Of a DNA stretch of 64,000 nt, positions 18,302 to 28,339 are shown one piece after another (positions within the stretch are counted from its first letter, which is position 1; each line of letters opens with the position of its first letter). Position numbers and translations under genes: made by a program. The notes under the pieces were generated by a model, which searched no databases, had not been told where the DNA came from, and saw only the letters and a list, made by a program, of their open reading frames with translations. The stretch comes from Nitrospirota bacterium (GTDB lineage Bacteria > Nitrospirota > UBA9217), in contig CAWJQQ010000001.1 in assembly GCA_963845065.1 (NCBI GenBank), positions 1,024,001 to 1,088,000 of the forward strand. The letters are read 5' to 3'.

Positions 18302-19213
18302 ATGGCCGTTGTGGGCATCGGACAATGCGCATGGGACATATTGGCAATGGTCGATACATTTCCACAGGCGGACACGAAAAAAGAGGTCCTGCTTTGGGAA
18401 GAGCAGGGAGGAGGGCCGGTAGCAACAGCCTTGGCAACCTTGTCGCGTCTTGGCGTACCGTGCCTGTTTCACGGTATCATTGGAGACGACCGGGAAGGCA
18501 CGGCCATCCGGCAGTCCCTGCGTGAGGAAGGAGTCTTCATCTCGGGGCTGGTGACAAGGTCTCGTGCCACGTCCCAAACGGCATTCATCGTGATCGAAAA
18601 GTCCGCGGCAACGCGAACGATTTTCTGGAAACGTCCTTCGGGTGAACCGCTCAGTCCCGAAGAACTCCCGCGAGATTTCTTGGAAGGTGCGGATTTTTTG
18701 CTCCTCGACGGCCTGATGAAGGACGTGTCGTTCTTTGCCGCTAGGCAGGCCAAGGAGGCCGGAATTCCCGTCGTCCTTGACGCTGGACGGGTGCGGGAAG
18801 GAACGTTGGAGCTTGCCCGGTTGAGCGATTATGTGGTCGGGTCGGAGGAATTCGCTCGTGAACTGTCCTGGAAGGACGACGCCGTTCAATTCAAACCGAA
18901 AATCAAAAAGCACGGCTTTGGCATCACGACGATTACGCTGGGATCGCGGGGAAGCGTTACCTATGCCGACGACAAGGTCATCATTATTCCCGCTTTTCCC
19001 GTCGAGACGGTGGATACAACTGGGGCCGGTGATGTATTCCACGGAGGATACATCTACGGGCTGCTCCGCAAATGGAGCCTCCAAGCTACTGTTCGGTTTG
19101 CGTCGGCCGTCGCTGCAATGAAGTGCAGGAAAGTGGGGGGACGAGCGGGAATTCCAAGGCCGGCGGAAGTACAACAGTTTCTTGAAGAACGGGGAATTAT
19201 CTATAGCATCTAG
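18302..19213 (+). CDS. PfkB family carbohydrate kinase
   Basis: GGGPVATA and DTTGAGDVFHGG signatures. Confidence 0.92.
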   Translation: MAVVGIGQCAWDILAMVDTFPQADTKKEVLLWEEQGGGPVATALATLSRLGVPCLFHGIIGDDREGTAIRQSLREEGVFISGLVTRSRATSQTAFIVIEKSAATRTIFWKRPSGEPLSPEELPRDFLEGADFLLLDGLMKDVSFFAARQAKEAGIPVVLDAGRVREGTLELARLSDYVVGSEEFARELSWKDDAVQFKPKIKKHGFGITTITLGSRGSVTYADDKVIIIPAFPVETVDTTGAGDVFHGGYIYGLLRKWSLQATVRFASAVAAMKCRKVGGRAGIPRPAEVQQFLEERGIIYSI

Positions 19214-20772
19214 GAGTCTGTCGGACTTAACGATCTAATCCGAAGACTATTTGTTCAAAGTTCTGTGATCATCAGCATTTTGATCGGTTCTCATCGATCA
19301 AAGTAGCTTGTAGTCTGTTCTTTCTTATCACTATTAACTCAAGGCATGCAGCCTTTTCAGGTTCCAGGCGATGCAGACCAAGTCCCATTCGCCTTGTGCC
19401 GACTCAAAGCCTCGCAGCAGGAACTGCCGGAACCCCATGACTGCCTTGATAATGCCGAAGACTGGTTCCACCGTACTTTTGCGTTTGGCGTAAAGTTTTT
19501 TCCCAGCCAGTGTCCGAAGCCGGTGCTTCATCCTCTTAACCGCATCAGCACCGTCAGGCAGCGGCAACGGCTCACGGAATCGATTCATGAGCGGCTGGTT
19601 GTGCTGATCCCGACCAAAGGCAATGTACGGCGTGATCTTGTTTTTCTCGCAAGCACCAACGTTGGTTTCGCTGTAGAAGCCGTTGTCGCTAATAAGCGAA
19701 TCTACCGTACCAAGCGCGTGAGGTAGTGCCACAAGGTTGGCGACTGCTGGTTCCAGCTCACGCTTGTCGTTTGTTTGCTGACTCACGTGGCTGGTCACGA
19801 TCATCATTGTATCGGTATCAACGCCAGCCTGAGCATTGTAAGCCTGCTCAAAGCCTCCACCGGATTTTTTCATGATCCGGGATTCGCCATCCGTCAGGTT
19901 GACCTGGTCTCGGCCCTTGACGCCGGGGGTCGGCGGCTGCGGTTTAGGACCGCGCGGCTTTTTGCCGGACCGCTGTTCTTTTTCGGCGCGCTCGGCCAGA
20001 TTTTTATCATAGGCTTCTTTTTCCTGGGCGTAACGTTCGGCGGCTCGCCGCTCAATCTCGGCCTTGGCGTCGGCTATCGCCTTGAGCCGCTCGGTCCGCC
20101 GGGACAGTTCTTCCGGGATGTTCATTCCATCCGGTAGATCGGCTTGGTCGGCAGCTTCCGCCTGCCGAAGAAGTTCAGCCACTTCCGCCTTGAGCTGCTC
20201 TTCCAGCTTGCAGGCGTGAGCGTAACTCAAGGCCTTATGCTTGGAGGCATTTGCCTTGACCTTTGTCCCATCCAGACTCACGGTGCCCAGTTTTAAGATC
20301 CCTGTCTGTTGGGCGATGAGCAGGATCTGGACGAACAACGGCTTTAGCTGCGGCAAAAACCTCTTCCGAAACGCAGCGATCGTGTCATGATCCGGATGGG
20401 CATTGGCCGCGATAAACCGAAACGCTACTGAATCATAGGTACTCCGCTCCAGTTTGCGGCTGGAGAACACCCCTGTAGCATATCCGTAGAACAGGAGCGC
20501 CAAAAGCATCTCCGGATTATAGGGCTGTGATCCACGACCGGCATACGCGGCTTTCAAAGAACTAAGGTCAAGCTGGTCGACGATCTCGACAACGAACCGT
20601 GCGAGATGGTCTTCGGGCAGCCAGTCTTGAAGCGATGGTGGCAATAAGTAGAGTGTTGACTGATCATAGTCGATAAACTTTACGCTCATCTTTGTTCAAC
20701 CTCGCATATGCGTAATTGAAAAGCTAATCGACTATAGCATATTTTATTTCGTCGGGAAAGTCCGACAGACTC
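19214..20772 (-). mobile_element. IS1182 family element, copy 2
   Basis: Same IRs, same length and identical transposase translation as copy 1; CTAG flanks. Confidence 0.92.
19334..20689 (-). CDS. IS1182 family transposase
   Basis: Identical translation to 14741-16096. Confidence 0.93.
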   Translation of the reverse strand: MSVKFIDYDQSTLYLLPPSLQDWLPEDHLARFVVEIVDQLDLSSLKAAYAGRGSQPYNPEMLLALLFYGYATGVFSSRKLERSTYDSVAFRFIAANAHPDHDTIAAFRKRFLPQLKPLFVQILLIAQQTGILKLGTVSLDGTKVKANASKHKALSYAHACKLEEQLKAEVAELLRQAEAADQADLPDGMNIPEELSRRTERLKAIADAKAEIERRAAERYAQEKEAYDKNLAERAEKEQRSGKKPRGPKPQPPTPGVKGRDQVNLTDGESRIMKKSGGGFEQAYNAQAGVDTDTMMIVTSHVSQQTNDKRELEPAVANLVALPHALGTVDSLISDNGFYSETNVGACEKNKITPYIAFGRDQHNQPLMNRFREPLPLPDGADAVKRMKHRLRTLAGKKLYAKRKSTVEPVFGIIKAVMGFRQFLLRGFESAQGEWDLVCIAWNLKRLHALS

Positions 20773-20928
20773 CTAGCGTAACCGTAAAATAGTACAGGGT
20801 TGCATTTTAGCGATATTGCTTCGCCGATTCAGGACATCTGGGGGAATACTGCATGGCACGGCCTTCATCCTGTGGTTCTTGTGGTTGCCATTCGTTGCAC
20901 CACATAAAGTGTCAACCTGAATTCGTGA

Positions 20929-22857
20929 AAGCGCCGGGATAAACCGGCATAGAGTCGGGGGTGAAAGTCCCCTACGTGAAAGGATGAGCTGATCCATCAT
21001 GGCCTCGAATCATGCGCGGGCAGTCGTGAGATTGCACGTGAAGCGTTGACAGAGGAAGCGCAGGCCAGCCATTGAGCTCCGAAATCCGGTGATTCGGGGT
21101 GCCGACCGCGTACGAATGCTGGGAAGGCACTACTGGCAACGCCGCTATCCAGCCAGACGTTGCCCGACCCCGCGGAGTCAGAGAACCTGAGCATGCGTGG
21201 ATACTCTATGTTCGAGAACCGGGAGAGCTCAGCAGCTCCCGCTAGGAAACATTAAGCGGGACGGTAAGGGAAGGCCTGTGGCCGCGATCCTTATATGCAC
21301 GCTGCTGAGCAGTCTGACATCGGCGTACTACCTAAGAAGGTGCCGAACAAAGCTGCGTGTTCCCCATGCGGCGGCGGAGGCTCCGGAGGGAAGGCTGATG
21401 ACCAAGGGGAAATTCTGGAAAGTCGTCTGCGACCTGTACGCAGAGACAGGGGTAAGCATTGAACGGACTTGACAGGATACGTGAAGCAGCGGCAAGGGAT
21501 GGGAACCTTCGTTTCACCAGCCTCATGCACCATATCACAGAAGAAATGCTTCGGGATGCTTACAATGCGCTCAAACGCAACGCGGCAGCTGGGGTAGACG
21601 ATGTGACATGGCAAGAGTACGGTGAGGGACTGGATGTCCGGATAAAGGACCTCCACGATCGGGTAAAGAGTGGCAGGTTCCGAGCAAAGCCTTCGAAGCG
21701 GGTATGGATACCCAAGCCGGACGGTCGTCAAAGACCAATCGGCATAGCCGCACTTGAGGACAAGATAGTCCAACAAGCGGTGGTGTGGGTACTGAGCCAT
21801 ATCTATGAAAAGGACTTTCTCGGTTTCAGCTACGGATTTCGACCGGAGCGTAGCCAGCATAACGCGCTGGATGCGATATGGATGGGAATCACCCGAATGA
21901 AGGTAAACTGGGTGCTGGATGCGGACATCAAGAGTTTCTTTGACACGATCAATCATGCGTGGCTGATGAAGCTTCTGGAACGTCGCATCGCAGACCCTCG
22001 GATGCTCCGCCTGATCCGAAAGTGGCTCAGGGCCGGAGTATCGGAAGACGGCGAGTGGTCAAAGACGGAGGTAGGCACGCCGCAAGGGTCAGTCATATCG
22101 CCCTTGCTCAGTAATATCTACCTGCATTACGTTCTTGACAAGTGGGTAACAGAATGGCGAAAGAACAAAGCAAACGGTGAAGTAATCATCGTTCGCTACG
22201 CCGACGATTTCGTCATGGGGTTTCAATACCGGAGCAGTGCGGAACGTTTCCTGCAAGAAATGAAGAAACGATTCGCCGCTTTCGGGCTTGAAATTCACAG
22301 CGAAAAGACCCGGCTCATCGAGTTCGGACGGTTCGCGGAAGCAAACCGCGCCGAGCGGGGAGAAGGGAAGGCTGAAACGTTTGACTTTCTCGGGTTCACG
22401 CATATCTGTAGCAGGACCTGGAAGAACAATCGTTTCACTATACACCGCAGGACAATCGCCAAACGTCTTCGGGCAAAGCTGAAGGAAGTGAGAAAAGAGC
22501 TCATTCAACGCAGGCATGAGCCGGTGCCGGTACTTGGTAAGTGGCTCAGGTCAGTGGTACAGGGTCATCTCAATTACTTCGCGGTGCCCGGCAACATAAA
22601 GGCATTACAGGCGTTTCGCACGGAGATAAATAAGGCATGGCTCTTCGCGCTAAGGCGCCGCAGCCATAAGGCCAGAAATCTAACGTGGGACCGGATGAAA
22701 TGCTTAATAAAGACGTGGATACCCGCAGCCAAAATCAAGCACCCGTACCCGCACCAAAGGCTTTGCGTGAACCACCCGAGGTAAGAGCCGTGTGAGGTAG
22801 TGCCTCTAGCACGGATCCGTGCGGGGGGCGTCCAGTAACGGACGTCCCTACCGCGAT
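20929..22857 (+). mobile_element. Group II intron 2, apparently intact; 5' end approximate
   Basis: Leader with GGGGGTGAAAGTCCCC; domain V GAGCCGTGTGAG...GCACGGATC; domain VI ending CCCTACCGCGAT. Confidence 0.9.
21459..22784 (+). CDS. ltrA: Group II intron RT/maturase without endonuclease domain
   Basis: RPIGI, SYGFR, GTPQGSVISP, RYADD, FLGF, X domain. Confidence 0.93.
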   Translation: MNGLDRIREAAARDGNLRFTSLMHHITEEMLRDAYNALKRNAAAGVDDVTWQEYGEGLDVRIKDLHDRVKSGRFRAKPSKRVWIPKPDGRQRPIGIAALEDKIVQQAVVWVLSHIYEKDFLGFSYGFRPERSQHNALDAIWMGITRMKVNWVLDADIKSFFDTINHAWLMKLLERRIADPRMLRLIRKWLRAGVSEDGEWSKTEVGTPQGSVISPLLSNIYLHYVLDKWVTEWRKNKANGEVIIVRYADDFVMGFQYRSSAERFLQEMKKRFAAFGLEIHSEKTRLIEFGRFAEANRAERGEGKAETFDFLGFTHICSRTWKNNRFTIHRRTIAKRLRAKLKEVRKELIQRRHEPVPVLGKWLRSVVQGHLNYFAVPGNIKALQAFRTEINKAWLFALRRRSHKARNLTWDRMKCLIKTWIPAAKIKHPYPHQRLCVNHPR

Positions 22858-23110
22858 TAACCTCTCCCAAAAAGCCCACCCGGCATTGTTTGACTGAATA
22901 TTGTAATACGATAAAAAATTTAACAAATAAACACTTATCTACTTCACCGTCTTCCACTGTTAGGAATTTGGTATCAAAAGACGCATTGTGATGATCTTGA
23001 TATTGAGGGCCATCACGTTCTTGATTTTTGACGCCTGCACTGTCAGGTGCTTTATTAAAAAAGGATGATAGTTATGCTTTATTCACGCGCAAAAGGAGGA
23101 GGATAAGAAT

Positions 23111-23697
23111 ATGCGTGTTTTTGTTACCGGCTCTACAGGCTTCATCGGCTCTGCCATCGTTCAGGAACTCATCAATGCGTGTCATCAGGTGCTCGGCCTC
23201 GCTCAGATGCGGCCACCAAGTCGCTTGCCGCCGCTGGTGCCAAGGTCCATCGGGGTGATCTTGAGAATCTGGATAGGTTGCGGAATGGTGCCGCCGCCTC
23301 GGATGGTGTGATTCACACCTGTTTCATCCATGACTTCTCGAAATTCAAGGCCGTCTGCGAGACAGAAAGGCACGCCATTGAGGCTCTCGGCTCTGCGCTC
23401 GCTGGCTCTGACCGCCCCTTGATCGTCACCTCCGGGACCGCGCTCGTTACGCCAGGTCGTCTTGCAACCGAAAAAGATGTGCCCGCTTCCAACTCCACAG
23501 CGATCCCTCGTATCGCTTCGGAAGAAGCAGCACTCTCGGTGGCGGCGCGGGGAGTACGTGTATCGGTGGTACGTCTTTCACCATCGGTCCACGGTGACGG
23601 CGATCACAGGTTCGTTCCAATTCTGATCAGCATTGCATGTGAAAAGATAAGTGGACCCCTCTGTAAAGACAATAAAGAGCCGAGTTTAAGATGGTAA
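23111..23697 (+). pseudogene. NAD-dependent epimerase/SDR, frameshifted and truncated
   Basis: [14 protein letters not shown] start; continuation ([21 protein letters not shown]) in another frame. Confidence 0.8.
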
Positions 23698-23818
23698 CCG
23701 ATCATGCCGAAAATGCGGTAATGGCGTAACGTTTTGACGCAGATTATCGCGGGAGTTTTAGATAGAAGATTCAAAAAAAATACCGGAAGCATCAAGTTGG
23801 CATCCGGCATCGCTTCTT

Positions 23819-24703
23819 TTACGCGGCTTTTCCCACCTTGCTCCTCCACTCCAGGGTGATCTCCTTGACGAATTCATCAAAGCTATGGGGCTTGCGTCCA
23901 AGGAGCTTCTCCGTTTTTTCGATGTCGTCCTTCGAGGCGATCATCCCGTTATTCTGGAAGAACTGATACATGATACGCATATCGGCAATCAGGAACTCCG
24001 ACATCATGCCTTTTGATTTTTCTGCCCAGACATCGAGATCGTCTCCGCTGTAGCGGATCTCCCGTCCCAGATGCTTTGTGTAGGTCTTGGCGATCCCTTC
24101 CCCGGTCAAAGTATCTGGTCCGTGGATCTCATACGTCTGGCCCTCGTAGCCGGATTTCATGAGAGCGTTACTTGCACAGTCGGCGATATCGCGTACATCA
24201 ACCCGGTTTAGCCCCTTCTTGCCAATGGGCTGAGGATAGAGGTTGTACTGCATGATCGCGGACTTCAACCACAGGTCATTCTGGAAGAAGTTGTTCGGTC
24301 GAAGGATCGTATAGGCGATCCCCGATTCCTTGATGGCCTTCTCTACTGGGAGTTTGCTGCGGAAGTGCGGTATACTTTCCGACCCTTCAGGCATGCATAC
24401 CGACATATAAACGATCTTTTTGACCTTGGCTGCCTTTGCCTCAGTCACAGCAGCAAGCCCTTCGTCGGTCTCGCTCAGTCCAACGGTGTTCAGGAGGAAC
24501 AGGCTGTCGATGCCTTCGAATGCTGCAGGGAGTGTATCGGGATCATCAAGGTCCGCCCTGTATCCTTCCACTCCCGTTGGCAACTTTTTCAGTTTATCAG
24601 GTGAATGGCTCATGACCCGTATTGTTGCCATCTGCTTAAACAGGCTGCTCACCACCATGCTTCCTACCATACCTGTTCCACCTATGACTAGCGTTTTCAT
24701 CAT
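23819..24703 (-). CDS. NmrA-like NAD(P)-binding protein
   Basis: GGTGMVGS Rossmann motif, YTILRPNNFFQN, VDVRDIAD. Confidence 0.88.
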   Translation of the reverse strand: MMKTLVIGGTGMVGSMVVSSLFKQMATIRVMSHSPDKLKKLPTGVEGYRADLDDPDTLPAAFEGIDSLFLLNTVGLSETDEGLAAVTEAKAAKVKKIVYMSVCMPEGSESIPHFRSKLPVEKAIKESGIAYTILRPNNFFQNDLWLKSAIMQYNLYPQPIGKKGLNRVDVRDIADCASNALMKSGYEGQTYEIHGPDTLTGEGIAKTYTKHLGREIRYSGDDLDVWAEKSKGMMSEFLIADMRIMYQFFQNNGMIASKDDIEKTEKLLGRKPHSFDEFVKEITLEWRSKVGKAA

Positions 24704-25353
24704 GTACCTCCTATCGCTGCTCACCAGGAAGTCTTCGTAGATTTTATGGGGATGTGAATCGAGTGGGATGCGAAGATACTTTTGTGAGAGAGATGACTAC
24801 AGTTTGACACCACTAGATCGATGTGTCAAGGAAGCCAAGAAAGATAGTGTCCATTAGTACTGCATGCTGGATATATTGTCGAACGTAACGATGCGTATCA
24901 AAGTTCAGAGTTCACCTCGTTAGAGGGTTTAGAAATAGTGAGATACTTCACAACAATTGAGGTGCTCCTCGCAGAGATCCTAATTTTGATCCAGCTAAAG
25001 AATATTGTTTATATCATTGCATAGTGTGATATTATTTTCTGTCAATAGTTATATCCTGAAGTTCTTGTCGTCGCCGTTCTTTGCAACTCATAAACTTTGA
25101 ACCTGAATCTTGCAGCGCATACCCACATGCAATCCAAACAACATATATCCCATTCGTTGTCATATCCCATCGTTGACACTGTAATCCATATTTGTTATCT
25201 CTAGTAGGATAGTGCCCTCGCTATTTGAATAACATGTTATATTAAATAATGTCGCAAAGTTCTGTAACTTGTGCATCCCCTCATGTATCCTTGGCCTTGC
25301 ACTCCCGTAGTGAGCTATTATAAAGTGAGCTATTATAAAAGGAGGAGGCATAT

Positions 25354-25827
25354 ATGCAGAAGATCACCCCTTTTTTATGGTTTAATGACCAGGCAGAAGA
25401 GGCCGTGAAATTCTATACTAAGGTATTCAAAAACTCGAAAATCAAGAGCATTACCCGGTATGGAGATGCGGGGCCCGGCCCGAAAGGATCAGTCATGACC
25501 GCGAGTTTCCTGCTCGAAGGTCAGGAATTTGTTGCGCTGAACGGGGGGCCGGTATTCACCTTTACGCCTGCAATATCGTTTGTCGTGAACTGTAGGACGC
25601 AGGCAGAGATCGACCGGTTTTGGGATAAGCTCTCAGCAGGTGGTGAAAAAGTAGAATGCGGCTGGCTCAAGGACAAATACGGCGTGTCGTGGCAGATTGT
25701 GCCGGACATCCTATCCAAACTGTTGACCAGCCCGGATACGAGGAGAACGAACCGTGTAATGCAGGCTATCTTGAAGATGAAAAAGTTCGATATAGCGGAA
25801 CTCAAAAAGGCATATGGAAAAAAATAA
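25354..25827 (+). CDS. VOC / 3-demethylubiquinone-9 3-methyltransferase-like (PhnB family) protein
   Basis: MQKITPFLWF...ALNGGP...CGWLKDKYGVSWQIVP. Confidence 0.92.
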   Translation: MQKITPFLWFNDQAEEAVKFYTKVFKNSKIKSITRYGDAGPGPKGSVMTASFLLEGQEFVALNGGPVFTFTPAISFVVNCRTQAEIDRFWDKLSAGGEKVECGWLKDKYGVSWQIVPDILSKLLTSPDTRRTNRVMQAILKMKKFDIAELKKAYGKK

Positions 25828-25901
25828 TCTAAAAGGGTATTCCGCCCAGCCTTTTGGCAAGGGGGGCTGAGTGGGGTGGCACTCTTATGCGAGAGGATAT
25901 C

Positions 25902-26516
25902 ATGGCTGAACTGACAATAACGACTTTTCTTACGCTTGATGGCGTCATGCAGGCGCCCGGCATGCCGGAGGAGGACCCTAGCGGAAACTTTCTTCATGGT
26001 GGATGGCTCGTTCCCCATGCCGATGCCGATATGGGGAAAATCATGAATGAAATATTTTCGAAAGCTGACGCGTTCTTTCTGGGTCGGACGACCTATGACA
26101 TTTTTGCGGCTTACTGGCCCAGGATTACCGATCCCAATAATCTGATCGCCATGAAGCTCAATTCGCTTCCGAAGTATGTTGCATCACATACTCACAGTAC
26201 GTTCACCTGGCACAATACCAGCCATGTTCGCGATGTCGAGAAAGAAGCAATCGAACTCAAAAAGCGTTTCGCCCACGAAGTACAGGTCCATGGCAGCTGC
26301 GGGCTCGCTCAGACTTTGATTGCGAAAGACCTCGTAGACGAATATCGACTACTGACCTTCCCAGTAATTCTCGGGACCGGGAAGAGGCTCTTAGGGAGTG
26401 GTGCGGTCCCACGCATCCTGAAGCTGGTGAGATCAAGCACCACGAGTACAGGCGTTCTTGTGAGCGTCTACCGCCCGGCAGGAAGTCTGAAAACCGGCTC
26501 ATTTGCACTCGATTAA
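25902..26516 (+). CDS. Dihydrofolate reductase-like (RibD C-terminal) protein
   Basis: TLDGVMQAPG, LGRTTY, VDEYRLLTFPVILGTGKRL. Confidence 0.9.
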   Translation: MAELTITTFLTLDGVMQAPGMPEEDPSGNFLHGGWLVPHADADMGKIMNEIFSKADAFFLGRTTYDIFAAYWPRITDPNNLIAMKLNSLPKYVASHTHSTFTWHNTSHVRDVEKEAIELKKRFAHEVQVHGSCGLAQTLIAKDLVDEYRLLTFPVILGTGKRLLGSGAVPRILKLVRSSTTSTGVLVSVYRPAGSLKTGSFALD

Positions 26517-26541
26517 TGTAAAAGAAGCAGAGGAGATAAAC

Positions 26542-27099
26542 ATTCGAAAATTACTTGTGTTCAACCTGATGACGCTTGACGGCTATTTTGCAGGCCAGGA
26601 CGGCGATATCTCCTGGCACAATGTGGATGAGGAGTTCCAGGAATTGGCAAAACAGGCTTCAAATTCCGGAAACACGCTCCTATTCGGTCGCATTACATAC
26701 GAGCTTATGAAAAGCTACTGGCCGACTCAAGAAGCGATCAAAAATGATCCCATTGTGGCCGGGGGAATGAATAAAGCTGAAAAAATCGTTTTTTCTGGGA
26801 CTCTCGACAAGGTTGACTGGAACAATACGAGGCTGGTGAAAGATGATATGCTGGCGGAAGTTCGAAAATTGAAACAGCAGCCAGGAAAGGACTTGACGGT
26901 TTTAGGAAGTGGCAGCATCGTTTCTCAGTTAGCACAGAATGGCCTGATTGATGAATACGACATTTTGCTCAATCCGGTTGTCCTCGGCAAAGGGAAAACG
27001 ATGTTCGAGGGCATGCAAGAAAAACTAAGCCTGAATCTGATCAAGTGGCGAACGTTCGGAAATGGGAATGTTCTATTGTGTTACGAACCGGCGAAGTGA
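26542..27099 (+). CDS. Dihydrofolate reductase-like (RibD C-terminal) protein; start uncertain
   Basis: TLDGYF, LFGRITY, GSGSIV, PVVLGKGK; RBS precedes an ATT codon. Confidence 0.85.
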   Translation: MRKLLVFNLMTLDGYFAGQDGDISWHNVDEEFQELAKQASNSGNTLLFGRITYELMKSYWPTQEAIKNDPIVAGGMNKAEKIVFSGTLDKVDWNNTRLVKDDMLAEVRKLKQQPGKDLTVLGSGSIVSQLAQNGLIDEYDILLNPVVLGKGKTMFEGMQEKLSLNLIKWRTFGNGNVLLCYEPAK

Positions 27100-27112
27100 T
27101 GGGGGATTATTT

Positions 27113-27496
27113 ATGGTGGACTATGCTCAGACCCGTAAAGATACTGCCGTGCAATTTCTGCGACTCGTCGTGGCAGGTCAAATCGCCGAAGCGTACGACA
27201 AGTATGTCTATATGCAGGGCAAGCATCACAACCCCTATTTCCCCGCAGGTTTTCCCGCGTTAAAAAAGGCGATGATTGAAAATCATGCTAAGTTCCCTAA
27301 CAAGCAACTCACGGTTAAGAATGTAATTGGCGATGGTGAGTTTGTTGCTGTGCATTCACGCATTGCGTTAGGTCCGGGAGAAACCGATATGGTGATTGTG
27401 CATTTGTACCGTTTCCAGAGCGATAAAATCGTGGAACTGTGGGACTGCGGTATGCCTGTGCCTGCTGATTCTCCGAATACAGATGGGGCATTATAG
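27113..27496 (+). CDS. SnoaL-like / NTF2 family protein
   Basis: HHNP, IGDGEFVAVHS, KIVELWD. Confidence 0.82.
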   Translation: MVDYAQTRKDTAVQFLRLVVAGQIAEAYDKYVYMQGKHHNPYFPAGFPALKKAMIENHAKFPNKQLTVKNVIGDGEFVAVHSRIALGPGETDMVIVHLYRFQSDKIVELWDCGMPVPADSPNTDGAL

Positions 27497-27643
27497 AGGT
27501 TGTTTCAAATTTAAAGCTATCTGCGAGAATTAAATAGGCGTGTACGATTGTTCAACTTAGGATTCAGTGCAATGATCACTTGGTATTCCGCAACTTTTTT
27601 TTACGCACCGATCTAACACTATACAGCGAAAGGAAGCAAGGAA

Positions 27644-28006
27644 ATGGACCATTACAAAACTTGGGAACCGGCTTTGGCTCCAGAGGACTTAGCACGCTTG
27701 TTCTTGCTAAGAGCGAATGCAGGTGACATTGAAGGGTTGGTCGCGCTATATGAACCCGAAGCGGTTCTAGCTGTTTCAGATAGCCAGGTAGCAATCGGAA
27801 CCGAAGCGATTCGAGACTTCTATTCCAAGTTACTTTCTGATCGCCCAAAGTTTGAGCCCGGGCAACAGCGACCCGCATTGAGAAATGACGACTTGGCCCT
27901 TACTTCGTCGCGTCTGGCGAATGGAACGATTACGGCGGAGATTGCCCGAAGACAATCTGATGGTTTCTGGCGGTGGGCCGTAGATCAGCCCATGATCGCT
28001 AAGTAA
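27644..28006 (+). CDS. NTF2 / YybH-like protein
   Basis: NAGDIEGLVALYEPEA...ARRQSDGFWRWAVD. Confidence 0.8.
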   Translation: MDHYKTWEPALAPEDLARLFLLRANAGDIEGLVALYEPEAVLAVSDSQVAIGTEAIRDFYSKLLSDRPKFEPGQQRPALRNDDLALTSSRLANGTITAEIARRQSDGFWRWAVDQPMIAK

Positions 28007-28339
28007 CTATATAAGCCGGTACGTCGGGTAGAGCATAGCGAAATCTGAAAAAATAAATGCTAAAGAATCGCTCCACGGTGTCCGCTATGTGGCGTGTGAA
28101 ATCTTTGTTCAAGGTAAGCTCCAAATGGTATTCTGCGGCTCTTATTTTCGGTCGCCGTTGCAACCTAGTAGGTGGACTTGAGAGCAGAATGTTCGCAAGG
28201 CGATTTGCGAATACTAAGTGAAGCTATCAGGCAACTCTTCATCCAGAATCATACACACACCCTGGACTCGAGGGGTGTGCAGAATACCTCTTGAATTTAC
28301 TATCGTATTTTCCTCACCATACCTAATTGAGGGGGTCTA

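Noticed and set aside
7428..22784. RT genes as retron, DGR or defence-type RTs
   Set aside because: Both have maturase X domains and are followed by group II domain V/VI; no template/variable repeat or msr-msd seen.
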